Below, one piece after another: positions 58,434 through 64,000 of a stretch of DNA of 64,000 bases. Every line of letters starts with the position of its first letter. Position 1 is the stretch's first letter. A model generated the notes under the pieces. The model had not been told where the DNA came from. It saw nothing but the letters and a program-made list of their open reading frames with translations, and did not search any database. Source of the stretch: a virus. Its lineage: Duplodnaviria > Caudoviricetes. Both the position numbers and the translations under genes were made by a program. The stretch spans positions 32,001 through 96,000 of IMG/VR virus record IMGVR_UViG_3300019378_000009, one strand, 5' to 3'.

Positions 58434-58921
58434 ATCGTCCTTTTTCTTTTATCAAAATACAAAAGATAATCCATGGCAGAAATCGTGCCCGGGCTAACAT
58501 GCGCCCGGGCCGCAAATTTGAACAAATCAAGTCTATTTTATTAACAAATTGTAAACTTTTCAATCAGAAGCAACACCTCCCTTCCACAGCTGTACACCGG
58601 ATATCCCATTACCGTTACATGCCTCCCGAGTAATAAACCACCGGTAATAAGCAGCTATAAGCAGCAGCAGCACCACCTGTCCTTTGCCCATAAGCAGCAG
58701 CACAAATTTGACATAATTATTCAAATCCACGAAAAAGCAGCTACAAGAAGCTGCAAAAATTTGAATTTTTATACGATTTATGATATAATATTTATAGAAA
58801 AAGAGGAAAAACAAGAAAAAATTACAAGCATTTCTGGAATATTTACGCATCGCCGCAGTAGGTGATAAAATAATGAATATGTAGATCTGGATATAATTAT
58901 TACGAAAGGGGAAGCAAGAGA

Positions 58922-59167
58922 GTGAAAAATCTGAAAGAGTGGTTTGAAGAGCAGAGTCTATGGATATGCATACTAGGCATTGTAATCTGTCTAATAGTTT
59001 TAGCAGGTTGCATCTTTGGTTGCGCAGCTGTTTTTATGCTGTTGTGGAACTATGCAATAGTTGCAGCGCTGACTATAGCTATGCCTATTGGTTACTGGCA
59101 CGCAGTGTGTATGGTAATTATACCGGCGTTCATATGTTTGCCTGTTGTACGTAAAAATATAAAATAA
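58922..59167 (+). CDS. small membrane protein
   Basis: Hydrophobic; LLWNYA...IGYWHA motif; terminator at ~59182-59210. Confidence 0.6.
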   Translation: MKNLKEWFEEQSLWICILGIVICLIVLAGCIFGCAAVFMLLWNYAIVAALTIAMPIGYWHAVCMVIIPAFICLPVVRKNIK

Positions 59168-59662
59168 GCAGTAGCAGCAGCAAGAGAGGGCTAGTTCCCT
59201 CTCTTTTTTTTGTTGCGGCGACGGGCGTAAATTTGATTTTATTTGTCAAAAGCAGGAGCAGCAGAAAAACAGGCCCACACGTTTTCTTGCTTTTCGCCGC
59301 AAACTGTGATATAATATTAGTACAGAAGCAGGAAAACAAGAGAGAAGAAATTGCTACCAAATTGCATGCGGAAAATTTTTGTTGGATACTTGTTCAGAAC
59401 AGAGAATTTCCATCATAAATTGCCGTTATTTTGGTGATTTTTTGGACGCTTTTTAAAGGTTATGGCTTCTCTTTTTCCAACCTGTTGTTTGCGGGCAAGG
59501 ATGCTCTGGCGCAAAATTGACTTTAAAATTCAAATTTGTGCTCGACAGCATTTTTCGCCGCAAACAATCTACACAAAGCCAAAAATACATTCAGCCGCAC
59601 ATTTGCTTTTTCCCGCAATCTATGATATAATTATTATAGAAAAGAGGAAAGGAAAAAGAATA

Positions 59663-60013
59663 ATGAAAACTATCTACGAAACCCTTGACGGCAAGGTGTT
59701 CCGCGATGCACACGAAGCAGAAATACACGAGAATGAGGTTCTGTCTTGCGTGAATATGTGGAGCTGGGAAAAGGAGCGTACTACCGACACCTCTGAGGCT
59801 CGTGTAGTGCATCTTGTAGGTGATGGCGCAGGTGCCTATTTCAAGGCTATGATGCGTACTAACCCCGACGAAAATTGGGATGACCACGACTTTGACAGCT
59901 GGTTTGATGATGAAGACACCGGCTGGTTCTATTGGGACGAGTATGCGGAAACTTACCGCTACATCGACTCCGAAGTTGTTGACTTGCTCATTCGCGCAAA
60001 TCACGAAATTTAA
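59663..60013 (+). CDS. hypothetical protein
   Basis: Promoter at 59603, SD, ATG at 59663; Y.T.DGKVF....A..HE motif. Confidence 0.7.
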   Translation: MKTIYETLDGKVFRDAHEAEIHENEVLSCVNMWSWEKERTTDTSEARVVHLVGDGAGAYFKAMMRTNPDENWDDHDFDSWFDDEDTGWFYWDEYAETYRYIDSEVVDLLIRANHEI

Positions 60014-60153
60014 AAATGCGACCAATCGCAAACTTGCTTTTTCACAAAATTTATGCTATAATATATATGTAAGAAAGAGAAAAGCAAACTTACTTTGTTC
60101 ATTAAAAAATTATATAGGCGCCGACTGCCAAGTGTCGGAGAAAGAGGTATCTT

Positions 60154-60504
60154 ATGACTACTATTCAATTCACCAACGAGAAGGGCAATGTATCCGCAAA
60201 GGCAAGAAAGCACATTAAGGATTCGGTCATTGCGAAGATCGCTCAGGCTTTCGAGGTGGCTGGTCTTGAGTCCGTAGTAAATGCAGATGGTGGTCTCTCC
60301 ATCGCAGTAGCACAGGACGCAGGAACCGGTAAGACCATTTTCACTCACCTTGCGTTCACTGTATCTGACCGCGATCCTGCTGTAAAGACTGCAAAGTCTA
60401 AGAAGAAGACTAAGGCACCTACCGCAGAGGTAGAGCTTCCTGATATCTTTGCTGAGATTGAGGCAAATGACGAGACCGTAACTGGTTCCACCATCGAGGA
60501 CTAA
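60154..60504 (+). CDS. hypothetical protein, paralog family B
   Basis: Paralog of 51969. Confidence 0.75.
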   Translation: MTTIQFTNEKGNVSAKARKHIKDSVIAKIAQAFEVAGLESVVNADGGLSIAVAQDAGTGKTIFTHLAFTVSDRDPAVKTAKSKKKTKAPTAEVELPDIFAEIEANDETVTGSTIED

Positions 60505-60603
60505 GAGTCCTTTCTTCCCCAGTAGCGAGAGGGACATTAGTGTCCCTCTCTTCTTATATTCCACTACATCACACATTTTAATTAAAGAAAGGACAAACTA
60601 CCT

Positions 60604-61062
60604 ATGACTACTATTCTTACCAAGCTTAAAGAAGCACTCGCCGCACTTCTCCCTCTCATCGACGAAACCCGCATCGCAATCTACGCAGAAGCCAACAAGC
60701 GCAAGCAGGCTCTTATCGCAGCTGTTGCCGACATGCAGGAGGCAAAGGATGCAATGCATGATTTCGTAGATCTTGCTGGTTCATTTGCTGACTGTGCAGA
60801 ATCCAATGCAATAGATATGAATATTTCCGAAGACTATGTGAATGAAATGCTTTCCGATATAAACGTATTTCAGACGCCCATTGAACAGTTTGATGATTAC
60901 TGCGAACAGTGTGGCAAAGAAATGACTCGTGATGAAGAGCAGTACATGGACGAAGACGGAAACGGTTTTATGTGTGAAGCATGCGATAAGCTACTTCATC
61001 CTGAAGCAGAAGCCGGAGACCCTGACCAGATGACCTTTGAAGAATTGGCAGAGTCCATATAA
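60604..61062 (+). CDS. coiled-coil plus Zn-ribbon protein
   Basis: CEQC...CEAC; AAGGA SD. Confidence 0.7.
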   Translation: MTTILTKLKEALAALLPLIDETRIAIYAEANKRKQALIAAVADMQEAKDAMHDFVDLAGSFADCAESNAIDMNISEDYVNEMLSDINVFQTPIEQFDDYCEQCGKEMTRDEEQYMDEDGNGFMCEACDKLLHPEAEAGDPDQMTFEELAESI

Positions 61063-61199
61063 TAAAAACCAACCAGAAGCAGGAAATCCCTGCTTCTTTT
61101 ATTTTGGCTTTGGCGTAAATTTGACAAGCGCATAAATTTGATTTTTGTCGCAATTTATGATATAATATTTATAGAAAATGGATGAAAGGAAAATAGAAA

Positions 61200-61694
61200 A
61201 TGAAACTTACACTTGTCGAAAAAATGTTGCAGGAAATTATGGGTCTTGATATTCCTATTTCTAATACTACTCGTGGAGAACAAATTCAGCAAACTTTCCG
61301 CAATAAGTTAACTGCTCAGCTCAAGGAAGCACTGTTTGAAGATTGTATGGAAGCATTTCCTGCCTCAAAAGAGAATGGAATAATTCCCTATCTTACAAAA
61401 GATGGAGTTATTTTGGAATTGCCCAATGGAAGCGTTGCGGACGGAATTACCAATGATATTGGAAGTGGAGCAATTTCTATTGAGATGAAATTTACCATCA
61501 AGGGCTTGGAATATAATGCTGCCGATGAAAGCGAAGACTATGATTTGCACTTGCTTGAAAAGCAGAAAAAAGCAGAAGAAGCCGAAAAGAAAAAGGCAGA
61601 TAAGATTGCAAGAGACCGTAAAGCAAGAGAAGCAAGAGAACTCAAAAGAGCTAAAATGCTTGAAGCAGCAGGAAGATTTACAGAAGAGGACTAA
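61200..61694 (+). CDS. hypothetical protein, paralog family A
   Basis: Paralog of 53142 and 56707. Confidence 0.8.
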   Translation: MKLTLVEKMLQEIMGLDIPISNTTRGEQIQQTFRNKLTAQLKEALFEDCMEAFPASKENGIIPYLTKDGVILELPNGSVADGITNDIGSGAISIEMKFTIKGLEYNAADESEDYDLHLLEKQKKAEEAEKKKADKIARDRKAREARELKRAKMLEAAGRFTEED

Positions 61695-61732
61695 TGTCCT
61701 CTTTTGTTTTTAAGAAAAGTTGAAAGTAAAAT

Positions 61733-62384
61733 TGACGGATTTCGTCAAATCCGTTAACTAAAAATTTTTTCGTTAACTAATTTATGTTTTCGTTAACCAA
61801 CAGTTGACTTTTTAACGAAATTGCGTTATAATATTTATAGAAACAAAATAGGAGAGAAACAATATGAACGAACCAAAAGGAGTGTTCTTTTTCTTCTCAA
61901 TGCTCGATAACTTTAATATGCTAATGGAACAAGGTCAAGCACAAGCAGCATACGAATATATAAATGCAATAAGAAATTATGCTATTGATGGAATAATTTA
62001 CGAGGGAAATGATTTGTTTGTGCAGTTGTTAATGAATGGTGATATGAAAGTAATGGATAGCGTTCAAGAAAAAAGACAAATGGGTTCAAATGGCGGAAAA
62101 GGTAATTTAGATTTAGATTTAGATGAACGAATTCAAGAAGCAATAAGAGGTTATACTTTTAAAACAAAAGCAGCCATTGTTAAGTTTGTTGAAGGAAAAA
62201 GAACAACTGTTTTAGATCACATTAAAAAAATGGGTTTTGCTGATGAAGATTGGTTAAATCCTTTTCAAGACCAAGAAGTTAGGGAGAAAGTTAATCCGTT
62301 AACGGAAAGTGACGGATTTCGTCAAAAAAATGACGAAAAGTTAACTGACGAATGTCCGACATCTTCGTTAACGAAATCGTTAAC
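61733..62384. repeat. iteron-like repeats (TGACGGATTTCGTCAAA x2; CGTTAAC x6)
   Basis: The 17-mer is at 61733 and 62310; CGTTAAC is at 61752, 61771, 61791, 62297, 62366 and 62378. Confidence 0.8.
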
Positions 62385-62502
62385 ATTTGGACAACTGACG
62401 GAAAGCGATAAAGATAAAGATAGTCGTCAGTCACTCGACACAGAAAGACGCTCTTTAACCATAGCAGAAGCAGTAGCTAAACATCGCAATAGCATTTTGT
62501 GA
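61864..62502 (+). CDS. putative phage replication initiator (DUF6291-like N-terminus) containing iteron-like repeats
   Basis: F.FF.S......L......AI..YA.DG...G..GG N-terminus; internal DNA repeats in a low-complexity linker. Confidence 0.5.
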   Translation: MNEPKGVFFFFSMLDNFNMLMEQGQAQAAYEYINAIRNYAIDGIIYEGNDLFVQLLMNGDMKVMDSVQEKRQMGSNGGKGNLDLDLDERIQEAIRGYTFKTKAAIVKFVEGKRTTVLDHIKKMGFADEDWLNPFQDQEVREKVNPLTESDGFRQKNDEKLTDECPTSSLTKSLTFGQLTESDKDKDSRQSLDTERRSLTIAEAVAKHRNSIL

Positions 62503-62801
62503 CGACAGAAAATTATATTTTTTAAACCATGTTGAGCAGTAAAACGACTGCCGTACTGCTGACTGTTTGCGGCGAGATTTGACAAAAAACCAAAACTGTG
62601 TTATAATATTTATAGAAAAAAGGAAATGTTCCAAAGGCAAAGAGAGAATGATGAGGAGCATAGTCCATACAAACCGAATGGCGGACACGGAGAATGAAGC
62701 AAGTTACAAGAGTTTCTTGTTGTGTTGCGTCAATAGTTTTGCGGCAAGGAGCTTAGCCAACTTCTTGCCGTTTTTTTATAGTAAAACAAGGAGAAACATA
62801 A

Positions 62802-63500
62802 GTGGAAAAGATAGAAAGCAAATGGCTGTTCCCAGTGCGAATGGAGAACAGCAAAAGCATTGAATGGGTAGAAGATATTGTAGAGGCTTTTAGCAAGTTT
62901 AAGGCTCCGATTACGCAGGCAACTTGGGAACATTGTTTGCGGCGAGGGGTAGTAGGTGCAGGCACCCCCGAACACAACAAGTTGCTTAGGGAGTGGTGGA
63001 ACACTGGTTGGCAGGAAATGCCTATCTTGCCCGCAAAGTGGGGAGGAACACCAGTAATGAAGATTACCCAACAAGTACTGGGACAAACTCTGGAATTGAT
63101 ATATCCAACAATAGAAAAGACTTGTGAGGCATTAGGGTGCGGCTTCCGTGCATTTAGAGATATTGCGCAAGGAATACACCCCAACCGCTACTTTGACGGA
63201 GAAGTGCGCCCTCTTAGACAGATTGCGGCAAAAGAGCTTCCCTATCCGCCTTGGACACTTTTCGCCGCAGACGATACTATCATAGGATATTTCCAAACCA
63301 AACAAGAAATGGCGGATTATTTGGGTATTCACCATAAAATAATTGATGTGGCGCATAATAACAATTGGAACAAATTGGCAAGCGGCAAATGGTTTTGGTG
63401 CGAGAGGTGGGGATTTATGCCAATTAGCCCAGATGATGAACCTTTGGGTAGTAATTGGCGTGAAAAATATAGTCCAGATTACTCTCCTGGGGAGATTTGA
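62802..63500 (+). CDS. protein with two NUMOD1/IENR1-like HTH repeats
   Basis: YPTIEKTCEALGC and YFQTKQEMADYLGI; AGGAGA SD, GTG start. Confidence 0.55.
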   Translation: MEKIESKWLFPVRMENSKSIEWVEDIVEAFSKFKAPITQATWEHCLRRGVVGAGTPEHNKLLREWWNTGWQEMPILPAKWGGTPVMKITQQVLGQTLELIYPTIEKTCEALGCGFRAFRDIAQGIHPNRYFDGEVRPLRQIAAKELPYPPWTLFAADDTIIGYFQTKQEMADYLGIHHKIIDVAHNNNWNKLASGKWFWCERWGFMPISPDDEPLGSNWREKYSPDYSPGEI

Positions 63501-63602
63501 CTTTTAGTCCAAAATAGGATATAATATATATAGAAGTTAGAAAGCAATACTATATATTGTTTCTCTTGCTTAATAGTAGTGCGCGCTACTTTATATATAA
63601 TA

Positions 63603-63640
63603 AACGAGAATGGGAATACCTGTTCTCGTTTTTTGTTTTT
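63603..63640 (+). terminator. intrinsic terminator after an ORF-less transcript
   Basis: AACGAGAA-TGGG-AATA-CCTG-TTCTCGTT followed by a T tract. Confidence 0.7.
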
Positions 63641-63651
63641 GGAGGTAAAAT

Positions 63652-64000
63652 ATGGATAGTAATTATTTTATGGGTGCACCCAATACCTATCGCGGATATG
63701 CTCCATCCTACTTATCTGCGATGAACGGTATGCCCTCAAACAGTAACCCAATGGGAGCAAATAACACTAACATAGTATGGGCTATGGGCATGGAAAGTGC
63801 CAAAGCATATCCCGTACTACCCGGCAAGACAGTATTGTTAATGGATAGCGAAGGTCCTCATTTCTTCATCAAAACAGTGGACAACAACGGTTATGCCACT
63901 ATGAAGAGCTATTCTTTCCAAGAAGACATTCCCGTCGTGCCAAATCAGTCTGCGGCAAATTATGTTACTAAAGAACAGTTGGATGAAGTTGTTGCTAAGC
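63652..64000 (+). CDS. conserved hypothetical phage protein, 3'-truncated
   Basis: GGAGG SD; ...IVWAMGMESAKAYPVLPGKTVLLMDSE...YVTKEQLD; open to the window end. Confidence 0.7.
   Translation, partial: MDSNYFMGAPNTYRGYAPSYLSAMNGMPSNSNPMGANNTNIVWAMGMESAKAYPVLPGKTVLLMDSEGPHFFIKTVDNNGYATMKSYSFQEDIPVVPNQSAANYVTKEQLDEVVAK

Larger units (their letters stand above)
48673..58510. repeat. dispersed GCCCGGGC palindrome delimiting promoter-gene cassettes
   Basis: Exact copies start at 49997, 50295, 50930, 51542, 52339, 53015, 53640, 54008, 54486, 55133, 55778, 56574, 57226, 57689, 58487 and 58503. Variants lie at 48673, 48746 and 49367. All are intergenic. Confidence 0.95.
48864..63525 (+). promoter_or_regulatory. 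about 29 co-oriented near-consensus sigmaA promoters
   Basis: TTGACA-like -35, N17, (TG)TATAAT-like -10. The -35 boxes start at 48864, 49448, 49567, 50040, 50375, 50969, 51148, 51611, 51740, 51881, 52387, 52699, 53085, 53676, 54047, 54556, 55204, 55848, 56644, 57275, 57757, 58761, 59287, 59603, 60034, 61138, 61804, 62579 and 63497. Confidence 0.9.

Noticed and set aside
48673-58510. CRISPR array or classical integron
   Set aside because: The repeat core is only 8 bp with 300-800 bp gene-containing intervals. No cas genes, no intI or tyrosine recombinase, and no attC RYYYAAC/GTTRRRY boxes are evident.
49279-60576. Minus-strand ORFs sharing peptides such as PLDTYIIPQ / LTYILYH
   Set aside because: The shared peptides are just translations of the reverse-complemented promoter repeats, not a protein family.
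1-64000. Integrase, lysis cassette, reverse transcriptase, dedicated tail fibre
   Set aside because: None is recognisable in this window. They may lie outside it, so lifestyle and DGR presence cannot be called.

Overview
This window is an AT-rich, partial genome of a tailed dsDNA phage, probably siphovirus-like and probably infecting a Bacillota/Clostridia host (inferred from near-consensus sigmaA promoters and strong SD sequences). It has three parts. (1) 1-22.3 kb, + strand: a bacterial-type replication module with ATP-dependent ligase, two type IIA topoisomerase subunits, amino-MTase, SSB, Sak4-like ATPase, DnaB, primase, RecJ, DnaE, a DEDDh exonuclease and a RuvC-like resolvase. (2) 22.4-48.5 kb, - strand: a virion module from terminase to tail tip, with a duplicated major tail protein. 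(3) 48.6-64 kb, + strand: about 29 tiny transcription units, each with its own near-consensus promoter. The most unusual signal is in part 3. From 48.7 to 58.5 kb the units are separated by the GC-only palindrome GCCCGGGC (16 exact copies plus 3 variants). The sequences left and right of the octamer fall into a few recurring types that recombine freely across it, which suggests a cassette-shuffling array with no recognisable integrase in the window. The array also holds a circularly permuted pair of PD-(D/E)XK-like proteins, several classes of operator-like motifs, three ORF-less units closed by inverted repeats, and a structured ncRNA fused to an atypical tRNA (GCT anticodon, 35-nt variable arm, A73). 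All calls come from reading motifs by eye; no database searches were run.
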